A stretch of DNA of 64,000 bases from assembly GCA_001780275.1 (NCBI GenBank), contig MFGB01000005.1, forward strand, positions 84,306 through 148,305, given 5' to 3'. The stretch comes from Candidatus Falkowbacteria bacterium RIFOXYA2_FULL_47_19 (GTDB lineage Bacteria > Patescibacteriota > Patescibacteriia > Patescibacteriales > UBA12075). The notes beneath the pieces were generated by a model. The model saw only the letters and a list, made by a program, of their open reading frames with translations. It was not told the origin of the DNA and did no database searches. The position numbers and the translations under genes were made by a program. Shown piece after piece: positions 28,329 through 36,457 of this stretch (its first letter is position 1; each line of letters begins with the position of its first letter).

Positions 28329-29573
28329 ATGAAAAAAACGATCAAATTAGCTTTTTTATTGTTAGCGATTTTGGCCTGTCTCAACTCGGCTGATTTTATT
28401 ATGGGGGCAACTTTGAATTACGGCGACGCGGAAATGATCAATAAGGAGATTAAAGACATAAATAACGATATCCAGGATAACAAGAGCCAGATCAACAAGA
28501 TCCAGGAGCTGCAAAAAAAATACTCGGACGAGATCAAAAAAAAACAATCCGAAAAAGTGAGTCTTAATAACCAACTTTCTATCATGGATAACCGTCTGGC
28601 AAAGTCCGAGCTCGATATCGAACTTGTAGAAACCGAGATCGAACGCACCAAGCTCGAGATCAAAAAAACCGATATCGAGATCGAAAGCAAGAGTGAGGAG
28701 ATCGAAACGGAAAAAACCCACATCGCCAATATTATCCGGTTAATGCATAAAAGCGACCGGGTATCCACGCTCGAAATACTGCTTTTAAACGATTCTTTAT
28801 CCGATTTTTTGACCCAGGTAAAATACCTGGAAGACATGAACGAAAGCGTAAGCGATGGCCTTGATATCCTCGAAAAGCTCAAGCGCCAGCTTGAAAGCGA
28901 GAAAAGGGGATTGGACAGCCAGAATAAAGAACTGGCAAAATTAAGGGATGACCTTATTAACAAGAAGAAGCAGCTGGAGAGCGAGAAAGAAAGCAAGGCC
29001 CTGGTACTGACTCAGGTTAAATCATCGGAGCAGGAATACCAGAGACTCCTGGCCCAGGCCAAGAAAGAGCAGGAAGAGGTCGCCGCCGAGATCGCCAGCA
29101 TGGAAAAGCTGGTACGGGCTAAGATCGCGAAACTCCAGGGCAACGACAAGCTTGAGTTCAACGATAACGGCTTTATCTGGCCGGTACCCAAAAATGTCGT
29201 TACCGCTTATTTCCATGATCCTGATTATCCATTCCGTAATATCTTCGAGCATCCGGCGATCGATATCCGCGCGGCTCAGGGCTCAACCTTAAAAGCCGCC
29301 GCCTCCGGTTACGTTGCCCGGATTAAAACCGGCGGAGCAACCGGTTACGGCTATATAATGCTTATCCACGGCGACGGCTTATCGACCGTTTACGGGCACG
29401 TTTCGAAGATCTACGTGGCCGAAGACGAATACGTTGTCCAGGGGCAGGCTATCGGCCTATCAGGAGGCCTTCCAGGCACCCCCGGGGCCGGCCCCTTAAC
29501 CACCGGTCCGCATCTTCATTTTGAAGTCAGGCTTAACGGTATTCCGGTCGATCCTTTGAGTTATTTGCCGTAA
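28329..29573 (+). CDS. M23 family metallopeptidase with long coiled coil (EnvC-like)
   Basis: Signal peptide and ~240 aa of heptad-rich sequence. The C-terminal M23 domain carries HPAIDI, GDGLSTVYGH and GPHLHFE. Confidence 0.88.
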   Translation: MKKTIKLAFLLLAILACLNSADFIMGATLNYGDAEMINKEIKDINNDIQDNKSQINKIQELQKKYSDEIKKKQSEKVSLNNQLSIMDNRLAKSELDIELVETEIERTKLEIKKTDIEIESKSEEIETEKTHIANIIRLMHKSDRVSTLEILLLNDSLSDFLTQVKYLEDMNESVSDGLDILEKLKRQLESEKRGLDSQNKELAKLRDDLINKKKQLESEKESKALVLTQVKSSEQEYQRLLAQAKKEQEEVAAEIASMEKLVRAKIAKLQGNDKLEFNDNGFIWPVPKNVVTAYFHDPDYPFRNIFEHPAIDIRAAQGSTLKAAASGYVARIKTGGATGYGYIMLIHGDGLSTVYGHVSKIYVAEDEYVVQGQAIGLSGGLPGTPGAGPLTTGPHLHFEVRLNGIPVDPLSYLP

Positions 29574-29605
29574 CGAAAAATCCATGTTATCATGTTTATA
29601 ACTAT

Positions 29606-30022
29606 ATGGCGGAGGAAAAAATAACCAAAAAAGACGTACAAAAAATCGTGGACAAGGCGATTGATAGATTCGCCCGTCTTATTAATGTAAATTTTTCCGG
29701 ACAAGATAATAAAATAACGAAACTTGACGCTAAGATCGATGGCGTGGAAGCGAGGCTTGACGCTAAGATCGATGGCGTGGAAGCGAGGCTTGACGCTAAG
29801 ATCGATGGCGTGGAAGCGAGACTTGCTACTAAAATGGCCGAGGGCAATGATATGATAATCAGGGAATTGAAAGCCATGCGCGAAGAGAATGCGGCGGCTG
29901 TGGGCGGTAAACAAAGAATAGACGATAAACTTCTGAATCATGAGGACCGCATCGTCAGCCTGGAAAATTTTACGAAGACCAAGAAAATGAAAATCGCCGC
30001 CAAATGTCGTACGAAGAACTGA
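29606..30022 (+). CDS. Small coiled-coil protein with three perfect 11-aa repeats
   Basis: 138-aa ORF containing LDAKIDGVEAR x3. It overlaps the next ORF by 19 nt. Confidence 0.6.
   Translation: MAEEKITKKDVQKIVDKAIDRFARLINVNFSGQDNKITKLDAKIDGVEARLDAKIDGVEARLDAKIDGVEARLATKMAEGNDMIIRELKAMREENAAAVGGKQRIDDKLLNHEDRIVSLENFTKTKKMKIAAKCRTKN
29723..29821 (+). repeat. Perfect 33-nt tandem repeat x3 (in frame)
   Basis: CTTGACGCTAAGATCGATGGCGTGGAAGCGAGG x3. Only the last base of copy 3 differs. Confidence 0.95.
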
Positions 30023-30381
30023 TACAATCCATTTGCGATCATGCCTTAAAAATATTGGGGCAGGGGACGCTTCGTTTCCGGCCTATGAGAAGAAAAACCC
30101 GCGTTGATCCGAAACGCGGTTTTGTTATCGGCCGGACAAACCTTAAAACCGGCCTGATCACGATCGATATTCTGACGCCGGCTAAACGCGAGCCCAAGAA
30201 AATAGCGTCGGTCTTGCGCACGCTCTGCCACGAAGTCGCGCACCACCAGAAACCGCCCTACAGGCAGTTTTACCGCTGGCGCTGGATCATGCGGCAGCAT
30301 TATCCGAAATTCTATAAACAGATACTAAAAAACATCGAAAAACTTAAAAAAGATGAAATATTAAAAAATTATTTTAATTAA
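30004..30381 (+). CDS. Small HExxH zinc-metallopeptidase-like protein (SprT/DUF45-like)
   Basis: 125 aa with LCHEVAHH and a basic N-terminal half. Confidence 0.55.
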   Translation: MSYEELIQSICDHALKILGQGTLRFRPMRRKTRVDPKRGFVIGRTNLKTGLITIDILTPAKREPKKIASVLRTLCHEVAHHQKPPYRQFYRWRWIMRQHYPKFYKQILKNIEKLKKDEILKNYFN

Positions 30382-30436
30382 TCTTTGCTAATATTAAATA
30401 ATTTTTATATAAAATTAAAAATAAGTTAAAAGGCTC

Positions 30437-30465
30437 TTGACAGAGTCTTGTTTTTATGCTAGAAT
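30437..30465 (+). promoter_or_regulatory. Near-consensus promoter for the GC-rich gene
   Basis: TTGACA (30437-30442), 17 nt, TAGAAT (30460-30465). AGGAGG lies 7 nt before the ATG at 30546. Confidence 0.6.
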
Positions 30466-30545
30466 GGTAACAAGTTTCTATAAACCTGGGTCGTTAATTA
30501 AGACCCTGACAACAACCATTCTTTCAAAACACAGGAGGATCAAGC

Positions 30546-31025
30546 ATGACCAACAACGGACAAAACGGCAACGGCGCTCCGGTCTACGCCACCCCCAAGG
30601 GGATTCAAAATGGCAGCCTCCGAACCGGCCCCAAGAACGTCCTGCAGCGCATTGCAGGGACCAAGCCGGTTCTCGGGTTGCCCGAGGCCGAACGGATCTT
30701 CGATGACCTGGCCGGGAGCGGCGTTTCCGGCGAAGCCGCCATTCCGGCCGCAATCACGGCAACCGCCAGGCTCTTCGGCGCCGACGTCGTCGTCGAGGCC
30801 GAGGCCGCTGCCAAGGTCTCCGAGATGGAAGCGGCCGCCTACGCCGCCGAAGACGCCCGCGCCGACTATGAGGCCGCCATGGCGGCCGAAATCGAACGTA
30901 TCGAGGAGGGGATCAAAGCCTCCAACAGCATGGCCGCCTCGGTCAAAAGCATCGCCGCTGGCATCCGGAACAAGGCCGCCGCTGTCGCCAATTACTTCAA
31001 CTACAAGGCTCCGGTCGCCAACTAG
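30546..31025 (+). CDS. Ala-rich helical protein, compositionally foreign
   Basis: 159 aa with a strong SD and strongly G/C-ending codons (GCC, GGC, AAC, GTC). All six frames are open here, as expected for GC-rich DNA. This frame was chosen on promoter, SD and terminator. Confidence 0.65.
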   Translation: MTNNGQNGNGAPVYATPKGIQNGSLRTGPKNVLQRIAGTKPVLGLPEAERIFDDLAGSGVSGEAAIPAAITATARLFGADVVVEAEAAAKVSEMEAAAYAAEDARADYEAAMAAEIERIEEGIKASNSMAASVKSIAAGIRNKAAAVANYFNYKAPVAN

Positions 31026-31053
31026 ACCACGCATCCTCCATCGCAAAACTCAA

Positions 31054-31088
31054 GGGCGGTTCCAATACGGGACCGCCTCTTCTTTTAC
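31054..31088 (+). terminator. Terminator of the GC-rich gene
   Basis: GGCGGTTCC-aatac-GGGACCGCC, a 9-bp stem, then TCTTCTTTT. Confidence 0.7.
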
Positions 31089-31142
31089 ATAAAACGGCCT
31101 TAAAGCCGTTTATTTTATTTGAAAAGGGCGGGCGGAAGGGGA

Positions 31143-32105
31143 TTATTCCTTAAGCCTGCCGCCGTTATGTATCTTTTTGTGTATATCCTTAAGCTGTTTA
31201 TTGGTCACGTGCGTGTATATCTGAGTCGTGGCGATATTGCGGTGGCCTAAAAATTCCTGCACCAGACGCAAATCCACCCCTTGGGCCAATAGATCAGTAG
31301 CGAAAGAATGCCGGATCGTATGAGGCGTGGCCATGACCGGCAGGCCGGCTATAACCACGTATTTTTTTACTATATTCTCAACGCTTTGAGTCGTAAGCCT
31401 GCGTGACTTGCCGCTTTTCTCGATGCCGGGTTTATAGTTGATGAATAATGCCGGATCCATGTCCGCGCGCTTGTCCAGATAGGATTTTAGCCATCTGACG
31501 GCCCGTTCGGAAAAATAAACGGACCGGACTTTATTGCCCTTACCAACCACGGCAACTTCAATTTCTTCGGCGGAGTTCCTTATTTTTAACTGATCGCGAT
31601 TAAGAGCCACTAACTCCGCCACGCGCAAACCCGTGGAGAACAATGCTTCAAGTAAAGCCCTGTCGCGTAGGCCTTGTTTTGTTTTAAGATCCGGAGCTAA
31701 AAGCAGCCTTTCTATCTGCTCCAAAGTCAAAAATTTTATTTCCTTATCATCCTTATCTCGGGCTAATTTTACCTGAGTGGGGGACAAGGAAGATATTTTT
31801 TTGTCAGCAAAAAATTCCAATAAGCTTCGGAGCGCGATCAGGTAGTAATTCTGAGTGGTTTTTTTAAGCGTCCGGCGCGTTTTCGGATCCATATGGCGCG
31901 ATAAAAATACCCGGTATTTCCAGACATGGTCGTCGTCTATCTTTTCGGGCTTAAGAGAGGAGAGGTTAGCGGCCTCTAGCCAGGAAAAAAATTTATGCAA
32001 AAACCGGCTGTAGTTTTCCTGGGTTTTACTTGATAAGCCTTTTTCGATCTCCAGATAGTCCAAGTAGTCTGTTAAATATTCTATTATAGGTTTATTACTT
32101 GCCAT
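31143..32105 (-). CDS. Tyrosine recombinase, XerC/XerD-like
   Basis: C-terminal catalytic blocks HTIRHSFATDLL and GHRNIATTQIYTHV, with an N-terminal SAM-like core-binding domain. Start chosen at MASNKPIIEYL. The track's 34-aa extension lacks support. Confidence 0.85.
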   Translation of the reverse strand: MASNKPIIEYLTDYLDYLEIEKGLSSKTQENYSRFLHKFFSWLEAANLSSLKPEKIDDDHVWKYRVFLSRHMDPKTRRTLKKTTQNYYLIALRSLLEFFADKKISSLSPTQVKLARDKDDKEIKFLTLEQIERLLLAPDLKTKQGLRDRALLEALFSTGLRVAELVALNRDQLKIRNSAEEIEVAVVGKGNKVRSVYFSERAVRWLKSYLDKRADMDPALFINYKPGIEKSGKSRRLTTQSVENIVKKYVVIAGLPVMATPHTIRHSFATDLLAQGVDLRLVQEFLGHRNIATTQIYTHVTNKQLKDIHKKIHNGGRLKE

Positions 32106-32257
32106 AACCTTATTATAACACAAATACCCTAGGGGATAAATATGAAAAAATCCCTGAAAACACAGGGATTTCATTATATAATACTTTGCATAATGTAGAT
32201 TAATCAAAGTATTATGTCTATAAAAAGGGAAACATACCTAAGTCTGTTTACGGTTCT

Positions 32258-32416
32258 TTTAGTATTGTCTGGTCATGGTAATGCCCAGGATATTTAATTC
32301 GGGATATGCCAATAGCAACATTTTTATGATCAGCAAAAACAAACCGATTATAAAAAGGCAAAAAATAAAAATAGCAAAAGCAAAAACGATTTTAAAAGCT
32401 GCCTCCATATTATTCA
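32258..32416 (-). CDS. Unannotated 52-aa hydrophobic small ORF (tentative)
   Basis: My translation: MNNMEAAFKIVFAFAIFIFCLFIIGLFLLIIKMLLLAYPELNILGITMTRQY. It is below the ORF-track cutoff and sits in a 390-nt intergenic gap. Confidence 0.35.
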
Positions 32417-32601
32417 TGTAACTTCGTAACTCTTAACGCGCAAATTACTCGTTAATTAGTTATGAGTTTAGTAAAAAATAATTATTTTATATTTTATTTA
32501 ATATTGGTAAAAAAACAATATTTTTATCTAACTTTAAATATTCTATTACATAATCCTTAAATTACCGTGAAAATTGAAAGTCGAATAATGCCTTATAGCG
32601 G

Positions 32602-33534
32602 CTACCGATAATATACACTATCGCCGATCCTTAAATCTATGTAGGTCTTTTTGTGGAAATCCTCTTTGATCTTTTCGTTCTTTATGATGATTAATTTATT
32701 TATCTGCCGGCCGGCGTCTTCCTGGATATTGAAATAAACCATCGGACCCTCGGTAAGAACTAATTTTACCGTATTGGCTTCGTTATCGATCACGAATTTT
32801 TGGATCTTGAATATTTCGTCAAGTGAGACCTCATTTTTTTCTTTACTGACAGGATCTTCATGCGTGGTTTTATATTCCCGAAACCGGCTGAAAAGGTCCG
32901 CAATGTAACTCAGGTATAGTTTATCTATGGCTATCGCATCGCCGGTTATCTTGCTGTCGCTTTGGTTGTTTATTAAAGGATAATCCTTCTCTTGGACCTC
33001 GAGTGGATCAACTTCGGATATGACCGCCCCGCCTTCGTCTATGTAATAGAATTTATCGTCCTCGTTCCAGATAAACGAATGTTTTTTTTCTTCATAGTTT
33101 ATTGTAAGCGTATGCGGCAATTTCTTATCAATATGAAGATTATCAAATGAGTATTTGTCCTTGAGGACCTTTTCCAGATCGCCTTTATCGAAAAAAAACA
33201 GGTTTTTTTGCGGAAGGATCACGAGTACGCTCCTGTTTATAAGCTCCTGGGCTATTTTTTCGACAGCGGAGACCGGCACCCTTCCCTGGCCGCTTATCTC
33301 CACGACGGTAATACGGAAATAAGGAGAATAGAACAACACCCAGATAGCGGCGACCGCGACGGCCAGCACGAACAAAGACGTTAATTTTACGTAGAGCGGC
33401 AACTGCTGGGCGTTTATTTTAAAATTACTGCTTTTTCTTTCGGCAAAGAACGGATTGGCATACTCCCGGGTGCTGTAGCGCAACGCCCCCTTATTTCTGA
33501 TTTTTCTTTTACTATGTAAATCGCCCGGCAGCAT
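32602..33534 (-). CDS. ftsQ: Cell division protein FtsQ/DivIB-like (POTRA domain)
   Basis: N-terminal TM segment, then FRITVVEISGQGRVPVSAV (POTRA). It lies immediately downstream of ddl, as in dcw clusters. Confidence 0.75.
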   Translation of the reverse strand: MLPGDLHSKRKIRNKGALRYSTREYANPFFAERKSSNFKINAQQLPLYVKLTSLFVLAVAVAAIWVLFYSPYFRITVVEISGQGRVPVSAVEKIAQELINRSVLVILPQKNLFFFDKGDLEKVLKDKYSFDNLHIDKKLPHTLTINYEEKKHSFIWNEDDKFYYIDEGGAVISEVDPLEVQEKDYPLINNQSDSKITGDAIAIDKLYLSYIADLFSRFREYKTTHEDPVSKEKNEVSLDEIFKIQKFVIDNEANTVKLVLTEGPMVYFNIQEDAGRQINKLIIIKNEKIKEDFHKKTYIDLRIGDSVYYR

Positions 33535-33563
33535 ATTTTTTTTTATTAGTAGCTCTTAAATAG

Positions 33564-34649
33564 CTATTGGATAATCGCCCCGGCGATCAATTTATCCAAA
33601 AAAGCGGTAAAATCGAGGCCAGCGGCCCGGGCGGCTTCGGGAGCCAGGCTGGTAGCGGTCATTCCCGGAATGGTGTTCAGCTCGATAAAATAGATAACAT
33701 CATCCTCGCCGCTCCAGATAAAATCAGCGCGCGCCAGATCGCGGCAGCCTATCGCTTTAAAGGACGCGACCGCGTAAGCCTGCATTTTCGCGCGGATATT
33801 GTCGGGAATATCGGCCGGACAGACGTGTTCGCTGCCGCCTTCCTCGTATTTAGCTTTATAGTCGTAAAAATCCGATATTTTCGGAATGATCTCGATGACC
33901 GGCAGGGCTTCCGGCGTATCAGTGCCCATGACCGCCACGGTAAATTCTCGGCCGGCAATATATTTTTCAAGCATAACGGTTCGGCCGTATCGAAAAGCGT
34001 CCGCTATCCCCTTCTCCAAAGATTTTTTATCTTTGGCGATAGCGATACCCACGGATGAACCGAGCTCGGCCGGCTTTATGACCAAGGGTAACGATAATTC
34101 GCTGATTATTTTTTCCGCGTCATAGTTTTCGCCGTCGTAAAGCAAGCGTTCGGCCGCGACCGTCACTCCGGCATTCTTAACGTTGATCTTGGCCTTTGGC
34201 TTATTCATAGCCAGGGCATGGGCCAGAACGCCGGAAAACACGTACGGAATGCCGAGCATATCGAGCATGCCCTGAATCCGCCCGTCTTCTCCGTAAGCGC
34301 CGTGAAGTATGGGGAGGACAAGATCGATCCCGCCGGAAATTTCACCCTCCATAAAACCGGACAGATTTTTTTCATCATTATTTTTGGATGTAACAAGGCT
34401 TTGCGACGATTCCAAGCTGATGGCATTTTCCTTACCGGCCGACTTCGCGTGCAAACGAAGATACTCTCCGCCCTTCGCGCCGATAAGCCAGTTTCCTTTT
34501 TTGGTTATGGCAACCGGTATAGTATTGTATTTATCTCCGCTTAAGGCCTTAAGCACGCTTTTAGCTGAGGCGAGCGAAACTTCGTGCTCGCTTGATCTCC
34601 CGCCAAAAATGACCGCCAGGTTTATTTTCGATTTATCGTTATTCGCCAT
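33564..34649 (-). CDS. ddl: D-alanine--D-alanine ligase
   Basis: GGRSSEHEVSL N-terminus and an ATP-grasp body ending in ELNTIPGMT. Confidence 0.93.
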   Translation of the reverse strand: MANNDKSKINLAVIFGGRSSEHEVSLASAKSVLKALSGDKYNTIPVAITKKGNWLIGAKGGEYLRLHAKSAGKENAISLESSQSLVTSKNNDEKNLSGFMEGEISGGIDLVLPILHGAYGEDGRIQGMLDMLGIPYVFSGVLAHALAMNKPKAKINVKNAGVTVAAERLLYDGENYDAEKIISELSLPLVIKPAELGSSVGIAIAKDKKSLEKGIADAFRYGRTVMLEKYIAGREFTVAVMGTDTPEALPVIEIIPKISDFYDYKAKYEEGGSEHVCPADIPDNIRAKMQAYAVASFKAIGCRDLARADFIWSGEDDVIYFIELNTIPGMTATSLAPEAARAAGLDFTAFLDKLIAGAIIQ

Positions 34650-34670
34650 AAAAGGATATCGAATTTGCCG

Positions 34671-35987
34671 CTACTTGCGCGCTATTCGATCTATATTTCC
34701 CGGCATAAATTTACGCAAAACTTCGGGAACGACCACTGAGCCGTCCGCTTGCTGAAAATTTTCCAGGATAGCGATCATCGGTCGTATGCTCGGCAAAGCC
34801 GTATTATTTAACATATGAACGACTTTCTTTTGTCCATCCGCGGTTTTATATTTAACGTTCAGGCGCCGCGCCTGCCAATCGCCGAAGTTAGAAGCCGAAC
34901 CGGTTTCCCCCCAGCCGTTTCTTGACGGCATCCAGGCTTCCAGGTCGAACATTTTATATTTTCCGGCGCTCATATCGCCGGTGCAGATCTGCAGGACACG
35001 GAATGGCAGTCCCAGTTCCCGGTGCAGTTCTTTCGAGATCTCTACCATCTCCAAGTGCAGTTTATTTGATTCTTCGAAATCGGCCCTGGAAACGCAAACC
35101 TGTTCCACTTTCATGAATTCATGTACGCGATACAGCCCCTTGGTGTCTTTACCGTAAGAGCCGATCTCGGACCGGTAGCATTGGGAAAAACCGCAAACCT
35201 TTATTGGCAGATTCTTCTCCTCGAGCGTTTCACCGGCGAAGTACGCCAAAAGCGAGGGCTCGGCCGTTCCGACCAAAAATTTATCTTCTTTGTTCTTTTT
35301 ACCGTCTGCCTCGACCTCTTCATTGGCTATCTTGTAGATCTCGTCGACTTCCGGATCGAATTTCCGGCCGGAAAAATAACCGGAGCCGAATAGAGCGAAC
35401 TCTTTGACCAGCGTAGGCGGGATCATCGGCGTAAAGCCCTTGCCGATAAGCTTCTCTAGGGCAAAAAGCATCAAGGCCATCTGCAGGCTGACCGCCTCGT
35501 TCTTTACGTAATAACCGCGATAACCGGCGACTTTCGCCCCCCGTTCCAGGTCAAAGAGATCGAGGTCGCGGGCTATTTCCATATGACTTTTCGGTTCAAA
35601 ATCGAATTTAGTCGGCTCGCCCTCGCGGTATATTTCCACGTTTTCCGAATCGTCTTTTCCGACCGGAACGTCCTTTGACGGTATCGTCGGGACCTTGACC
35701 ATTATATCCTCGTATTGCTCTTCGACGGCATTAAGTTCGGCCTCGATCCTCGCCACTCCTTCCTTAAGTTCTTTGCCCTTACTTATCTGTTCCGCCGAAG
35801 GTTTGCCCTGTTTGGCCGTTTTAGCCAATTCATTCCTTTGCGCCCTAAGATCGTCTATCTCCTGAAGAAGACCGCGGCGACGGTCGTCAAGTTTAAGCAA
35901 TCCGTCTATATCGACCTTAATATTCTTGTTTTTAGCCGCTTGTTTTATTTCATCCGCGTGCTCACGGATATATTTGATGTCTAACAT
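34671..35987 (-). CDS. serS: Seryl-tRNA synthetase
   Basis: MLDIKYIREH plus an N-terminal coiled-coil arm. Class II motifs are present (FRSE-like CYRSEIGS, GSASNFGDWQARR). Confidence 0.95.
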   Translation of the reverse strand: MLDIKYIREHADEIKQAAKNKNIKVDIDGLLKLDDRRRGLLQEIDDLRAQRNELAKTAKQGKPSAEQISKGKELKEGVARIEAELNAVEEQYEDIMVKVPTIPSKDVPVGKDDSENVEIYREGEPTKFDFEPKSHMEIARDLDLFDLERGAKVAGYRGYYVKNEAVSLQMALMLFALEKLIGKGFTPMIPPTLVKEFALFGSGYFSGRKFDPEVDEIYKIANEEVEADGKKNKEDKFLVGTAEPSLLAYFAGETLEEKNLPIKVCGFSQCYRSEIGSYGKDTKGLYRVHEFMKVEQVCVSRADFEESNKLHLEMVEISKELHRELGLPFRVLQICTGDMSAGKYKMFDLEAWMPSRNGWGETGSASNFGDWQARRLNVKYKTADGQKKVVHMLNNTALPSIRPMIAILENFQQADGSVVVPEVLRKFMPGNIDRIARK

Positions 35988-36034
35988 ATCATCTTATAAT
36001 TCGTAACACGTAACTCATAACGCAAAACGAATGT

Positions 36035-36448
36035 TTATTTAATTTTATTTATATCACCGTTTAAAATCACCGGTTGCATGGCGAGAATTTCATCAGTGTA
36101 GATCATATCCGGAATGCCGTTTAAAATGAAGGTTTTTTTGCGCAAAGCGTGCCCGTAACCTAATTCGAGAAAGGCGTTGCCGCCGATATAGTCTTTTATA
36201 CCGTTCTTGGTCTCGTTCACTATCAAAACCGCGTCCGCGGCTTTTATTTTTTCATAATGATCCCGTATAAGGTCATGGTTTATCTTGTTTTGCGTGGATT
36301 CATGGCTTGATTCCGGCGCCAGATCGCCGTTTGCGTATTCACGCGCGTGCCTCGGCAAAATAACCATATGGTCGAATTTTTTCAGTTCTATTTCTAGCGC
36401 GACCATTTTCTTTGCTGACGACATGCTGCCGCAAATGACTATTTTCAT
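36035..36448 (-). CDS. Nucleoside 2-deoxyribosyltransferase-like protein
   Basis: MKIVICGSM N-terminus and the GNAFLELGYGHALRK block, which resembles the catalytic-Glu region of the family. Confidence 0.55.
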   Translation of the reverse strand: MKIVICGSMSSAKKMVALEIELKKFDHMVILPRHAREYANGDLAPESSHESTQNKINHDLIRDHYEKIKAADAVLIVNETKNGIKDYIGGNAFLELGYGHALRKKTFILNGIPDMIYTDEILAMQPVILNGDINKIK

Positions 36449-36457
36449 AAATCGGCG

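Noticed and set aside
29723-29821. Regularly spaced identical repeats, suggesting a CRISPR array. The same question applies to 7591-7662.
   Set aside because: The repeats are strictly tandem with no spacers, in frame inside ORFs, and number only 2-3 units. No cas genes are present.
30540-31092. Alternative ORFs in the GC-rich segment (168 aa and 91 aa on the minus strand, 160 aa and 89 aa on the plus strand).
   Set aside because: Only the 30546-31025 frame has a promoter, an SD and a terminator in the right places. The others are Pro/Arg/Gly-rich shadows expected in GC-rich DNA. The frame choice still deserves a codon-periodicity check.
29606-32207. The repeat protein, HExxH protein, GC-rich gene and tyrosine recombinase together, suggesting a defined integrative element.
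   Set aside because: I could find no flanking direct repeats or att-like duplication between 29574-29605 and 32208-32601. An XerC/D-like recombinase may simply be the housekeeping dimer-resolution enzyme. It is kept as context for the GC-rich gene only.
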